A stretch of DNA of 58,123 nt, taken from assembly GCA_051883555.1 (NCBI GenBank), contig JBJETY010000028.1, positions 1-58,123 on the forward strand, read 5' to 3'. Below, piece after piece: positions 20,513 to 30,916 of the stretch. Position 1 is the first letter of the stretch; each line of letters opens with the position of its first letter. This DNA is from Christensenellales bacterium. Its GTDB lineage: Bacteria; Bacillota; Clostridia; Christensenellales; CAG-917. A program made the position numbers and the translations under genes. The notes beneath the pieces are model-generated. The model worked only from the letters and a program-made list of their open reading frames with translations. It searched no databases and was not told where the DNA came from.

Positions 20513-21568
20513 ATGACTCAAAAAGCTCTGCCGACAAATAAAAAAACTGTAAACGAAAAGCAAACTTGCAAATCTAAAATTAAACTTTTCTTTTCCAATT
20601 CTCGTTTTTCAAAAGAAAAAATTAAAAATACCGTTTTGATATTGCTCATTTCAATTTCTCTTATAATGATAATCGCTAAACCTGAAATCTACATAAACTC
20701 AACAAAAAACGGCTTGATAATTTTTACCGCCTCGGTATTGCCTGCCCTGTTCCCTTTCTTCTTTTTTTCTACCGTTCTGACTAAAATAGGTGCGCCGATT
20801 GAACTTGCAAAAATTTTCGACAAACCTTTCAGACGTATGTATAACACGTCGGGAATTTCATCTTACGTTTTTGTTATGAGCATAATTTGCGGATATCCGG
20901 TAGGCGCAAAACTTATTTCCGAATTGTATACCGCAGGGCTGACGGATAAAAAGCAAGCGGAAAAAATGTCGGCATTTTGTTCGACAAGCGGACCGCTGTT
21001 TATATTAGGAACCTTAGGCGTTACAATACTTGAAGACAAAAAATTGTCCGTGATTATTTTACTTTGTCACTACCTATCTGCATTTTTAAACGGATTTATT
21101 TATAGAGGAAAACGTAATGTCGACGACAAAAAAACACTTTCCCTGCCACTGGATACGGATAACGTTTTGGCTTCGTCAATAAGCAATTCAACGTTATCGA
21201 TGCTTAACCTTTGCGGATATATAGTTATTTTCAATCTTATTATCGATTTAATAATTAACAGCGGAATACTATCCTTTCTGCCGTGTAATTTATTTGGAAG
21301 CACCTTCAAAGCAATTTTATGCGGAATGATAGAAATGACAAGAGGATGCATAATGCTCAACAAAATAGCTATCCCTAACTACTTAAAATGCGGATTAATG
21401 TGTTTTACCGTATCATTTGCCGGAACCGGTATTCTTTTTCAATCTATGGGATTCCTGGGAAAATGCGGAATAAAAACAAAAAAGATACTGCTCCAAAAAT
21501 TTACACAAAGCATAATCGCTTTAATTTTAGGAATTATCACAAGTCTTATTTTAAACGGAATTACGTAA
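20513..21568 (+). CDS. ylbJ: Sporulation integral membrane protein YlbJ-like (Gate domain)
   Basis: VLPALFPF, GYPVGAK, GPLFILGT, IEMTRG; multiple TM helices; start uncertain (no SD). Confidence 0.75.
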   Translation: MTQKALPTNKKTVNEKQTCKSKIKLFFSNSRFSKEKIKNTVLILLISISLIMIIAKPEIYINSTKNGLIIFTASVLPALFPFFFFSTVLTKIGAPIELAKIFDKPFRRMYNTSGISSYVFVMSIICGYPVGAKLISELYTAGLTDKKQAEKMSAFCSTSGPLFILGTLGVTILEDKKLSVIILLCHYLSAFLNGFIYRGKRNVDDKKTLSLPLDTDNVLASSISNSTLSMLNLCGYIVIFNLIIDLIINSGILSFLPCNLFGSTFKAILCGMIEMTRGCIMLNKIAIPNYLKCGLMCFTVSFAGTGILFQSMGFLGKCGIKTKKILLQKFTQSIIALILGIITSLILNGIT

Positions 21569-21644
21569 TTTAAAGTACTATAAAATTTAAGGTTTTAAAG
21601 AATTTAAATTAACAATTTTAGACAAAAAACGACAACTTAATTAC

Positions 21645-21695
21645 TTTTCACCTATTTTTCACCATTTTTTCACCTTTTTTTCACTTTTTTGTCAT
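21645..21695. repeat. Phased 11-bp array of TTTTCAC(C) x4-5
   Basis: CAC at 21649, 21660, 21671, 21682 and CAT at 21693. Confidence 0.8.
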
Positions 21696-21701
21696 ATTAC
21701 T

Positions 21702-21731
21702 TTGACTTTGCTACAAATATCTAATTATAAT
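21702..21731 (+). promoter_or_regulatory. SigA-type promoter
   Basis: TTGACT, 18 bp, TATAAT; AAGGAGGA RBS before ATG 21767. Confidence 0.7.
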
Positions 21732-21766
21732 CAAGGCAAATATTCTTTTTTCCCCAAGGAGGACAT

Positions 21767-22258
21767 ATGAAACAAACGTCTTGGAGCAACGCTGTGCTCG
21801 TTGCTTATTCTGCTATTCCGCAAATTATCAAAACAATCGATTTCGGCGTACAAACGCGAATAGAATCGGGATTCGGCTCAAAACATTTAAGAATAGGAAT
21901 TTCAACTGAAGAGTTACTAACGGATATTGCAAATCTGAACGATTCAAAACGAAAGCTATGCAACTTAATATATATAATCGATTCAACTCTATCGTCGCTA
22001 AAAGAGATCGATTCACAAATCCTTATTTTGAGATATTTTAAGAAACTAACTTTTCAGGAAATAGCAACCGAAATGAACGTTTGCATAAGAACGGTTTTCA
22101 GAAGGCACGTAAAAGCCGTAGAAAACTTTTGCAAAACGTTAGAATCGTCTGGTTACGGCGAAATCTGGTTGGAAAACGAATATAAAACAATCCCTATGAT
22201 ACGTGCCATCAAAAAAAGAATGGAAGACAGCGATTATTTGAATTTTTCAAGCATTTAA
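21767..22258 (+). CDS. Sigma-70 region-4-like HTH protein (DUF1492/ArpU-like)
   Basis: ILILRYFKKLTFQEIATEMNVCIRTVFRRHVKA; no sigma region 2 recognisable. Confidence 0.65.
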   Translation: MKQTSWSNAVLVAYSAIPQIIKTIDFGVQTRIESGFGSKHLRIGISTEELLTDIANLNDSKRKLCNLIYIIDSTLSSLKEIDSQILILRYFKKLTFQEIATEMNVCIRTVFRRHVKAVENFCKTLESSGYGEIWLENEYKTIPMIRAIKKRMEDSDYLNFSSI

Positions 22259-22361
22259 AGATTACGATAGAAAAAAATTTTAATTAAAATTATTTAAGAC
22301 AATTAGATAAAATTCATAAAAAATACAAAAGCAAAATTGATATAAAATTTGTATCCGACAA

Positions 22362-22392
22362 GCGGCGGCATTTTTTTGTTGCCGTTTTTTTT
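22362..22392 (+). terminator. Probable intrinsic terminator
   Basis: CGGCGGC stem pairing GTTGCCG, followed by T8. Confidence 0.55.
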
Positions 22393-22471
22393 ATAAAATA
22401 ACGCTACCTATCTTTTTCACCCTTTTTTTGTATGCGTTAAACTTAATTTACGGATTTTTTAATTATTAATT

Positions 22472-22535
22472 AAATGCAAAAAAAATGTGCAAAAAATGAT
22501 TTGCAAATGCAAAAAATGTACAAAAAATGATTTGC
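22472..22535. repeat. ~32-bp tandem duplication
   Basis: AAATGCAAAAAA(AA)TGT(G/A)CAAAAAATGATTTGC x2. Confidence 0.8.
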
Positions 22536-22778
22536 ATTAAAGAAAATGAATATTTATACAAATATACATCTTGGTAAAGTACTTAGATTACCTAGATTCA
22601 TAAGCTAAATAATGAATAGATTCTACAATAAATTAAGCGTAGTTCGGATTTTAAATTCATAAAACTTAGTTAAAGACTAACCCGATTTATTTTCAACATT
22701 CTTTACTTTGTTCAATTAATACGTTTACTTAATTTAAAAATAATTTTCTGAATTTAAAAATTACTGTGATAAAAAACG

Positions 22779-22908
22779 CAACCTTTACGTTTTTTTAAAC
22801 TGCTATAATCTAATTTGAAAGCAATCTTCTACGTTATATAAAACTGCAAAAATCTAATAATTTGAACAACACCTTTTACGTTTTTTTAATTACTATAATT
22901 TAGTTTAA
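22779..22908. repeat. ~44-bp degenerate tandem repeat x3
   Basis: Copies at ~22779, ~22821, ~22867 share ct(t)TACGTTtttt-aaactgctataatctaatttgaa. Confidence 0.6.
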
Positions 22909-23105
22909 CAAAATTTTTACCGAATTTAAAGAAAACTAAATTTTTAGAAAATTTTACTTAATTCAAAATTCAAACTAAACGTCTCAATATTTTTCTTAAT
23001 TTTATAATCGCTACTTGCGCTTTTATATGAATTTTACAATAAAAATTTTTTAAATAATTTTAAAAAATTTTAAATATTTTAAGTGTTAAAAAAAATTTTA
23101 ACGTT

Positions 23106-23135
23106 AAAAAAGTGCGACTTACATCGCACATTTTT
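23106..23135 (-). terminator. Probable terminator after the TIM-barrel gene
   Basis: GTGCGA/TCGCAC stem flanked by A and T runs. Confidence 0.55.
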
Positions 23136-23223
23136 ATATTTTTTTAGTTGCTCTGCCATGCCCCGCAAATTTATTAAAGATAGCTAATAAATCTGAAAAG
23201 CAAGCTACAAGCTGAAATTTCAA

Positions 23224-24021
23224 TTATTTCTGAAAGCGTTTCATATAATTTACGTATTGCGCAAAGACAACTCCCGGTTCCTCTAGGTCGGCGTTCCATC
23301 TTTTTACCCATTCAAGAGTGAAATAACCGTCATAGCCTTTTGACAAAAGCGAATTTACGGCTTCTTCGAGAGGAATATCGCCATAACCCATCATCTTATA
23401 CTTAGGTGAACAGCCGGCAATTACGCTGTCTTTCAAATGAACGTATTTAATTCTATCTCCTAAATTGTCGAGTGTCTGACCGATATATTCATCGCCGAAA
23501 CGATACGGATGATGGACGTCCCACAAAGCGCCTACAGGGCCGCCAACCTCGTCAAGCACTGTCGCAAGTTTTTTGGTATCAACCATAAGGCCGTTAGTTT
23601 CCATAAGAACCGTGACGTTTTTGTCCTTTGCGTAATCGGCAATTACTTCAAGATTTTTACGGCATAAGTCAATATCTCCGCCGTCAAAGTAAGGCGTATC
23701 GGTTGACAGAACTCTGACAAAAGGAACTCCCATTTCGTGAGCTAAATCGATATACGCTTTCGCTTCTTCGATAGCGTCATCCTTTTTGCCGTGCATAGCA
23801 AGCGTTGCGGCGCTTGTAAACATAGAAATTTCAATACCTAAGCGTTTAAGCTCGGCAAGCGTTTTTTCTTTGTCAACCGTAAAAGCCTTCATTGTAGGGG
23901 CATAAAGTTCACGGTCTACACCACGAATTTCTACGCCCTTATAACCTAAGTCTTTTGCAGTAGTAAATATTTCCTGTAGATTCCAACTTGGACAACCAAG
24001 CGTTGAAAATGATAGCTTCAT
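23224..24021 (-). CDS. Xylose-isomerase-like TIM barrel (sugar phosphate isomerase/epimerase family)
   Basis: FSTLGCP, GVEIRG, METNG, WDVHH, HLKD, TLEW. Confidence 0.85.
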   Translation of the reverse strand: MKLSFSTLGCPSWNLQEIFTTAKDLGYKGVEIRGVDRELYAPTMKAFTVDKEKTLAELKRLGIEISMFTSAATLAMHGKKDDAIEEAKAYIDLAHEMGVPFVRVLSTDTPYFDGGDIDLCRKNLEVIADYAKDKNVTVLMETNGLMVDTKKLATVLDEVGGPVGALWDVHHPYRFGDEYIGQTLDNLGDRIKYVHLKDSVIAGCSPKYKMMGYGDIPLEEAVNSLLSKGYDGYFTLEWVKRWNADLEEPGVVFAQYVNYMKRFQK

Positions 24022-24035
24022 TTTTTTGCCCTCCT

Positions 24036-25697
24036 TTATGCGGTTTCGATTTTTGCAGCTTCCTGCAGGTTGAGAATTTCGATAGCTTCTTCACGAAGTT
24101 TGAATTTTTGGATTTTTCCGCTTGCAGTTACAGGGAAAGCGTCTACAAAACGTACGTATGAAGGAACTTTATGCTTTGCCATGTTAGATTTAATTAAGTC
24201 TTTGACTTCCTGTTCCGTCATCGTCTCGCCCTTTTTAAGTATAATAACCGCCATAATTTCTTCACCGTATTGCTGGCTAGGAACACCTATTACCTGAACG
24301 TCGGAAATTTTAGGACACGTATACAAAAACTCTTCGATTTCTTTTGGATAAATATTTTCGCCGCCGCGGATAATCATATCTTTCAATCTGCCGACAACCT
24401 TATAATATCCGTTTTCATCTACCGTGCAAAGGTCGCCCGAATGAAGCCAGCCGTCTTTGTCGATAGCCTGTGCCGTAGCTTCCGGCATTTTATAATATCC
24501 TCTCATTATATTATAGCCTCTTGCACAAAATTCACCGGGTTTATGAGGCGGTAACGTTTCGCCTGTATCAGGGTCGATGATTTTACATTCAACCCCCGGG
24601 AAGGCTTTTCCGACGGTTGATACACGGACTTCGATAGGGTCGTTCGTCGTCGTCATGGTACATCCCGGACTTGCTTCCGTCTGTCCGAAAACTATAACTA
24701 TATCTTTCATATTCATTTCGTCGATAACTTGTTGCATAACCTTTATAGGACACGGCGAACCTGCCATAATTCCCGTTCTGAGCGACGAAAAATCGTATTT
24801 CTTAAAATCAGGATGCTCGAGCATAGCAATAAACATTGTAGGTACGCCGTGAACTGCCGTACATTTTTCTTCGCTTATAGCCTGCATAACCTTTAACGGG
24901 CTGTACGGAAGCGGTACCATTCCCGTTCCGTGAGTGATTGACGCCATCATAGCAAGCACCATTCCAAAGCAATGGAAAAACGGAACACAGATGCAAAGTT
25001 TGTCGTTTTCGGTAAATCCCATACCGTCGCCTATACATTTGCCGTTGTTTATAATGTTAAAATGGGTAAGCATAACGCCTTTAGGGAAACCCGTTGTTCC
25101 CGACGTATACTGAATATTTATAACGTCTTGCGGATTGAGCGTTGCAATTCTCTCTCTGTATTCTTCATCGGAAACTTTTGAAGCCATTTTCTTAATTTCG
25201 GAAAAAGTCATAAATCCGTTAGGCGTTTCATTAACGTCGGCATAAATTATACGTTCGATAAACGGCATCGCTTTTGAACTTACGATTCCGTCCTTGCTGC
25301 TTGGAAGTTCAGGGAAAAGTTCTTCAACGATTTTTACGTAATCTACGTCTTTAGTTCCGTGCATCATGACTAAAAACTTTGAATCGGATTGATTGAGAAG
25401 ATATTCAAGCTCGAATATCTTGTAGTTTGTGTTGACGGTAACCGAAATTGCTCCGATTTTTGCCGTTGCGAAAAACGTAAGCATCCATTCCGACGTATTT
25501 TTGGCCCATATGGCAACCTTATCGCCTTTCTTTATTCCGAGAGCCATAAAGCCCTTGGCATATTCGTCTGTTTCTTTATCGAATTCCGCCCACGTTTTTT
25601 CATATCCTTCGAGCGGAAATTTGCAAGCTAAATTGTTCGGATAAGTATTTGCTAATCCGTTTATTACCTCACCTAAAGTTTTATCTATAAATTCCAT
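24036..25697 (-). CDS. AMP-binding acyl-CoA synthetase (YngI/ACSF2-like)
   Basis: QYTSGTTGFPKG, FFHCFG, FGQTE, HSGD, GRLKDMIIRGGENIYP, TASGKIQK. Confidence 0.92.
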   Translation of the reverse strand: MEFIDKTLGEVINGLANTYPNNLACKFPLEGYEKTWAEFDKETDEYAKGFMALGIKKGDKVAIWAKNTSEWMLTFFATAKIGAISVTVNTNYKIFELEYLLNQSDSKFLVMMHGTKDVDYVKIVEELFPELPSSKDGIVSSKAMPFIERIIYADVNETPNGFMTFSEIKKMASKVSDEEYRERIATLNPQDVINIQYTSGTTGFPKGVMLTHFNIINNGKCIGDGMGFTENDKLCICVPFFHCFGMVLAMMASITHGTGMVPLPYSPLKVMQAISEEKCTAVHGVPTMFIAMLEHPDFKKYDFSSLRTGIMAGSPCPIKVMQQVIDEMNMKDIVIVFGQTEASPGCTMTTTNDPIEVRVSTVGKAFPGVECKIIDPDTGETLPPHKPGEFCARGYNIMRGYYKMPEATAQAIDKDGWLHSGDLCTVDENGYYKVVGRLKDMIIRGGENIYPKEIEEFLYTCPKISDVQVIGVPSQQYGEEIMAVIILKKGETMTEQEVKDLIKSNMAKHKVPSYVRFVDAFPVTASGKIQKFKLREEAIEILNLQEAAKIETA

Positions 25698-25707
25698 AGT
25701 ATCTCCA

Positions 25708-26427
25708 TTAATCGTAAATATTGTTGTTTTTTACAGTAAGTCTTAAATATTGCTCCAAATTAAACAAATTCCATAGCGGCTCGGTTTCGGGTGGGTAAAC
25801 CCTGAAAACCATTCTGTTTCCGCTGATAGGGTGATTAAATCTTAGTTCAACTGCCCAAAGGCATAGCGGTACTTTAAGACCTTTACCGTAACGCGCGTCG
25901 CCGACAATAGGCGTGCCCAATCCTGCCATCTGAACTCTTATCTGATGTCCTCTGCCCGTAACGAGATTAACTGCAACAAGACTGCAATTTGATTTTGTAT
26001 CCAACACTTTATAGTCCAATTCCGCATATTTTGCACCTTCCGTCAAAGCAGGAACGATTTCAGTATTGTTCGTTTTAGGATTTTTCTTTAAATAATTGAT
26101 AACCTTTTTCTGTCTGTCTTTTGGCAAACCATCAACTATAGCGAAATATTTCTTTTCGACTTCTCCGTTAACGATTGCCTCTGATAGTCGTTTAGCAGCC
26201 TTAGAAGTTTTGGCAAACACCATAACGCCGCCCGTAGGACGGTCAAGACGATGAACGAGCCCCACAAAGGCATCGCCCGGTTTATTGTATTTTTCAATTA
26301 AATACTGCTTCAATATCGTCAACATATCTTCATCGCCCGATTCGTCTTTCTGCACGGGAACCATAGGCGGTTTTGTAACCACCAAAATATGATTATCTTC
26401 AAACAGTATTTTTATGTCTTCTCTCAT
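25708..26427 (-). CDS. RluA-family pseudouridine synthase
   Basis: VHRLDRPTGG, TGRGHQIRVQ, PIVGDARYG. Confidence 0.92.
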   Translation of the reverse strand: MREDIKILFEDNHILVVTKPPMVPVQKDESGDEDMLTILKQYLIEKYNKPGDAFVGLVHRLDRPTGGVMVFAKTSKAAKRLSEAIVNGEVEKKYFAIVDGLPKDRQKKVINYLKKNPKTNNTEIVPALTEGAKYAELDYKVLDTKSNCSLVAVNLVTGRGHQIRVQMAGLGTPIVGDARYGKGLKVPLCLWAVELRFNHPISGNRMVFRVYPPETEPLWNLFNLEQYLRLTVKNNNIYD

Positions 26428-26746
26428 AGTGTCTCCAAATTTCTGCCGATACGCATTTAAAAACTGATACGTTTTTAAACTTATACTTTTAAACTTATAC
26501 TATATAACTTTAATTTAAATTCTTATATCAAATTTTAATTCCGCATAATAAATCTGATTTTAATTCCGTATAATATTTTTATTTAACTGAATATTTTTAT
26601 TAGCAAATAATATTCGATAAAATTTAACTGCTCATTGCTTAGTCTAACCTTTTGCAAACATACCTTTCGCAAACATATTCTTTTTCGGTCATAATAAGCC
26701 GAGTCCGAACGACCGTCGCGAACCGAATTAAGCGTGTTTTTTAAAC

Positions 26747-27613
26747 TCAATGCAAACTCTTAAACGTTGCAAAAGCCGTGCAACCTTGCGGCAGAACTAA
26801 GCCTTCCAACGTTGGCAGACCTATTTCGTCCGCTTCGATTTCCGCCGATGCAGGCAACGCAAGTTTAAGTATGTTTTTCATAACCGTTGGCTGAAGTCCC
26901 GTTGTATAAGAATTTAAGCAAACAAACAATGGATTATCGCTAAGCAATTTTGCAATAAGGTCTACAAGGTCGGAAATACCTTCCTCGATTTTCCACTTTT
27001 CTCCGTTTGGACCTCTTCCGAAACTCGGGGGATCCAAGATAATTGCGTCGTATCGTCTGCCACGTTTCAATTCTCTTGCACAAAATTTAAAACAGTCGTC
27101 GATTATGTATCTGACAGCGGACTTTTCAAGCCCCGACAATCTGACGTTTTCTCCGCATCTCTCTACCATTGCCTTTGCGGAATCAACGTGACAAACGCTT
27201 GCTCCCGCACTAAGGCAAGCAACGGTTGCCGCTCCCGTATATCCGAACAGATTCAAAACGCTGACAGGGCGTTTCGCATTCTTAATTAAGTCTATCATTC
27301 TTGCCCAGTTTACAGCCTGTTCGGGAAAAAGCCCCGTATGCTTAAACCCCATAAGTTTAAGTTTGAATTTCAGATTTCTCCATCCAATGAAAAACTCTTC
27401 GGGAACGCCCTTTTTATATTCCCATACGCCACCGCCCGTAGAGTGTCGGGCATAAATTGCGTTTATGCCCTCATAGCTTCTGAGCGGTTTAATCGGTTTC
27501 CATATAACCTGCGGATCGGGTCTTAAAAGTTTGAGATTGCCCCACCTTTCAAGTTTTTCGCCGTCTCCCGTGGCTATAACCTCAAAATCTGTCCATTCAT
27601 CGTTATATATCAT
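26747..27613 (-). CDS. Class I SAM-dependent methyltransferase (RlmI/RlmK-like)
   Basis: GLFPEQ, LNLFGYTGA, VDSAK, ILDPPSFG. Confidence 0.85.
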   Translation of the reverse strand: MIYNDEWTDFEVIATGDGEKLERWGNLKLLRPDPQVIWKPIKPLRSYEGINAIYARHSTGGGVWEYKKGVPEEFFIGWRNLKFKLKLMGFKHTGLFPEQAVNWARMIDLIKNAKRPVSVLNLFGYTGAATVACLSAGASVCHVDSAKAMVERCGENVRLSGLEKSAVRYIIDDCFKFCARELKRGRRYDAIILDPPSFGRGPNGEKWKIEEGISDLVDLIAKLLSDNPLFVCLNSYTTGLQPTVMKNILKLALPASAEIEADEIGLPTLEGLVLPQGCTAFATFKSLH

Positions 27614-30600
27614 ATCTTTTCAACCGAAAGCGTAACCTTATTTCCGTTTACGTCCCATTCTTTTACGTAACCGACAAGTTTCTCGTCTGCGCTCTCACCC
27701 AATACGTCTTTTAAATAAGCCTTTTCGTCAAGAACTTTTTTAGCAAGTCCTTCGGCGCTGTATCCAACCTTAATATGGTCAACAACTTCAAAACCTGCTT
27801 CTTTACGCATTGTCTGAATTTTTGAAACTATTTCTCTTAAAATTCCTTCTTCGATAAGCTCAGGAGTAAGTTCGGTATCGAGAACGACGGTAATTTCGCC
27901 GTCCGTTTCGGAAGCAAAACCTTCTTTATTCGTAACCGATATCAAAAGGTCGCTTTCAGAAAATTCAACTTCTTCGCCGCCTAACTTCGTTTTGAAAACT
28001 CCGCCGTTTTTAACTTTGTTAACAACGTCTTTTGCGTCGCAAGTCGCTAAAAACTCTCTTATCTGATTTAACAATTTTCCGTATTTAGGTCCAAGCGTTT
28101 TAAGTTGCGGTTTCAATTCATAGCAAATGAAATCGCTGCTCGTATCGCTTATAACGCAGTCTTTAACGTTTAATTCGTCTTCAATCAAGCCTTTCAACTC
28201 GTCGGATAAATTCTTGTGTCCGTTGTACATCAATTTCGAAAGAGGTTGACGGTTTTTGATGTTCGACTTGCTTCTTGCCGCTCTTCCGAGGAAAACGACT
28301 TTCAAAACGTCTTCCATACCGTCTTCGAGTTCTTTATCGATATATTTTTCATCTGCTGTCGGATAACTGCAAAGATGCACGCTTAAAGGAGCGTCCTCTC
28401 TGAAAGTTCTGACAAGATTCTGATAAATCGATTCAGCCATAAACGGAGTATAAGGAGCAATGACAAGCGAAAGCGTGCTAAGCACCGTGTAAAGCGTCAT
28501 GTAAGCGGCTTTCTTGTCTTCCGTCATTTCGCTTCCCCAATAACGTTCACGGCAACGACGCACGTACCAGTTGGACAAGCCGTCGACGAATTCGCCTATT
28601 TCTCTTGCGGTTTCCGTAATTTTATATTCGTTGAGTCCTTCGTCGACAAACTTAATCAAAGAATTAAGTTTTGACAAAATCCACTTATCCATAACGGAAA
28701 GCTTGACTTTGTTTATATCATATTCTTTCGGATTGAATTTATCTATCTCCGCATACAAAACGAAGAAAGCGTACGTATTCCAAAGAGTTCCCAAAAATTT
28801 TCTCTGTCCTTCGGAAACAGCTTCCGGATAGAATCTGGACGGAAGCCACGGCGCACTCGACGTATAGAAATGCCAACGGGTTGCGTCTGCACCTTGATTG
28901 TCGAGAACCGTCCAAGGGTCTACGACGTTTCCTTTATGCTTGGACATTTTTATTCCGTCTTTATCGTTGACGTGTCCTAAAACGATACAGTTTTTAAACG
29001 GACTACGACCGAAAGCGATGGTTGAAACGGCAAGCAACGTATAGAACCAACCTCTGGTCTGGTCAACCGCTTCGCTGATAAAATCGGCAGGATAGAATTT
29101 TTCAAACTTTTCTTTGTTTTCAAAAGGATAATGCCATTGAGCAAAAGGCATTGAACCGCTGTCAAGCCAGCAGTCGCAAACTTCCGGCGTTCTTTCCATT
29201 TTTCCGCCGCATTCGCAATCCCACGTTACCTTATCGATATACGGACGGTGAAGTTCAATATCTTCTTTAAGTCCGCTGAGCTTTTTAAGCTCTTCTCTGC
29301 TTCCTATAACGTGCACCTTTCCGCATTTGTTACATACCCAGATAGGCAACGGAGTGCCCCAATATCTTTCTCGGGAAATACCCCAATCGATTACGTTTTC
29401 AAGGAAATTACCCATTCTGCCCGTACCGATTGTAGGAGGCATCCAGTTTACGGAAGCGTTCGATTTCAAAAGTTCGTCGCGAACGGCAGTCATCTTTATA
29501 AACCAACTCGAACGAGCATAATAAAGAAGCGGCGTATCGCATCTCCAGCAATACGGATAGCTGTGAGTGAACATAAGTTCTTTAAAAAGTAAACCGCGAT
29601 TTTTAAGGTCTTCTATAACAAGTTTGTCGCCGTCTTTAGCAAACAAACCTTCGAGTTCTCCGGTGCCTTTCACAAAGCGACCGCGCTCGTCGACCATCTG
29701 TACAAACGGCAATTTATAGTTTCTTCCGACGTTTGCGTCGTCTTCGCCGAATGCCGGAGCGATATGAACGATACCCGAACCGTCGGTCAAAGTTACGTAA
29801 CCGTCGCACGTAACGTAATATGCTTCGTTTTCTTTTACGTCTGCAAAATCAAAAAGCGGTAAATATTTTTCGCCTTCATATTCCTTGCCCTTTTTCGTTT
29901 CGATTTTTTCATATTCATCGAAAAGGCTGTCTATCAATGCGTCGGCTAAAATATAGAATTCGTCGCCGACTTTAATTTTTGTATAGTCTTCGGCAGGATT
30001 CATACACAAAGCGACGTTAGACGGCAAGGTCCATGGAGTTGTAGTCCAGGCAAGGAAGAAAGTGTTTTTGTCTTTTACCGTTCTGAATTTGACAAAAATA
30101 GATTTTTCTTCAACATCTTTATAGCCTTGTGCAACTTCGTGGCTTGAAAGCGCCGTTCCGCAACGCGGGCAATACGGCACGATTTTATGCCCCTTATAAA
30201 GCAATCCTTTTTCGTGTACTTGCTTTAAAAACCACCAGATTGATTCGATATAATTATCGTCGTAGGTTACGTACGGGTCTTCCATATCCACCCAATAACC
30301 TATTCTATCCGACATCTTTTCCCATTCGGACTTATATTTAAATACCGATTCTTTACACTTTTTGATAAACGGTTCGATTCCGTATTTTTCTATTTCAGGT
30401 TTACCGTCAATACCGAGCGACTTTTCAACTTCGAGTTCGACGGGAAGTCCGTGCGTATCCCAACCTGCTTTACGTAGCACGTCATAGCCTTTCATGGATT
30501 TAAAGCGCGGAATGATATCTTTCATAACACGGGTAAGAATATGACCGATATGCGGCTTTCCGTTAGCGGTCGGAGGGCCGTCGTAAAAAGTAAACGGTTC

Positions 30601-30714
30601 TTTACCCTTATTCATTTCAACGCTTTTCTCGAATATCTGATTTTCCTTCCAGAATTCAAGAATTTCTTTTTCTCTTTTTGTAAAGTCCAGATTCGTGTCA
30701 ACAGGTTTGTACAT
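27610..30714 (-). CDS. ileS: Isoleucyl-tRNA synthetase, type 2
   Basis: FYDGPPTANGKPHIGH, GWDTHGLP, WTTTPWTLPSN, KMSKHKGN; ~1034 aa; no C-terminal FPG-type zinc finger; GAGGA RBS before ATG 30714. Confidence 0.96.
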   Translation of the reverse strand: MYKPVDTNLDFTKREKEILEFWKENQIFEKSVEMNKGKEPFTFYDGPPTANGKPHIGHILTRVMKDIIPRFKSMKGYDVLRKAGWDTHGLPVELEVEKSLGIDGKPEIEKYGIEPFIKKCKESVFKYKSEWEKMSDRIGYWVDMEDPYVTYDDNYIESIWWFLKQVHEKGLLYKGHKIVPYCPRCGTALSSHEVAQGYKDVEEKSIFVKFRTVKDKNTFFLAWTTTPWTLPSNVALCMNPAEDYTKIKVGDEFYILADALIDSLFDEYEKIETKKGKEYEGEKYLPLFDFADVKENEAYYVTCDGYVTLTDGSGIVHIAPAFGEDDANVGRNYKLPFVQMVDERGRFVKGTGELEGLFAKDGDKLVIEDLKNRGLLFKELMFTHSYPYCWRCDTPLLYYARSSWFIKMTAVRDELLKSNASVNWMPPTIGTGRMGNFLENVIDWGISRERYWGTPLPIWVCNKCGKVHVIGSREELKKLSGLKEDIELHRPYIDKVTWDCECGGKMERTPEVCDCWLDSGSMPFAQWHYPFENKEKFEKFYPADFISEAVDQTRGWFYTLLAVSTIAFGRSPFKNCIVLGHVNDKDGIKMSKHKGNVVDPWTVLDNQGADATRWHFYTSSAPWLPSRFYPEAVSEGQRKFLGTLWNTYAFFVLYAEIDKFNPKEYDINKVKLSVMDKWILSKLNSLIKFVDEGLNEYKITETAREIGEFVDGLSNWYVRRCRERYWGSEMTEDKKAAYMTLYTVLSTLSLVIAPYTPFMAESIYQNLVRTFREDAPLSVHLCSYPTADEKYIDKELEDGMEDVLKVVFLGRAARSKSNIKNRQPLSKLMYNGHKNLSDELKGLIEDELNVKDCVISDTSSDFICYELKPQLKTLGPKYGKLLNQIREFLATCDAKDVVNKVKNGGVFKTKLGGEEVEFSESDLLISVTNKEGFASETDGEITVVLDTELTPELIEEGILREIVSKIQTMRKEAGFEVVDHIKVGYSAEGLAKKVLDEKAYLKDVLGESADEKLVGYVKEWDVNGNKVTLSVEKI

Positions 30715-30870
30715 ATTTTTATTCCTCAATTAAAATACTATTATAACGATAATTCGCCATATTATTGTTATTTATTATAATTTCAGTAATGCAAAAAAGT
30801 CAAATAAATGAGCATAATTGATTGTATAATAAATAATCATCGACGCAAAAAACAACTGCAAAAATGATAA

Positions 30871-30898
30871 TTGACATATATGGCAAAAAGATTATAAT
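30871..30898 (+). promoter_or_regulatory. SigA-type promoter of the ABC operon
   Basis: TTGACA, 16 bp, TATAAT. Confidence 0.7.
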
Positions 30899-30916
30899 TA
30901 AAGCCAGAGGTAAATT

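Noticed and set aside
30715-30916. T-box upstream of ileS
   Set aside because: No T-box consensus or antiterminator, and not enough room
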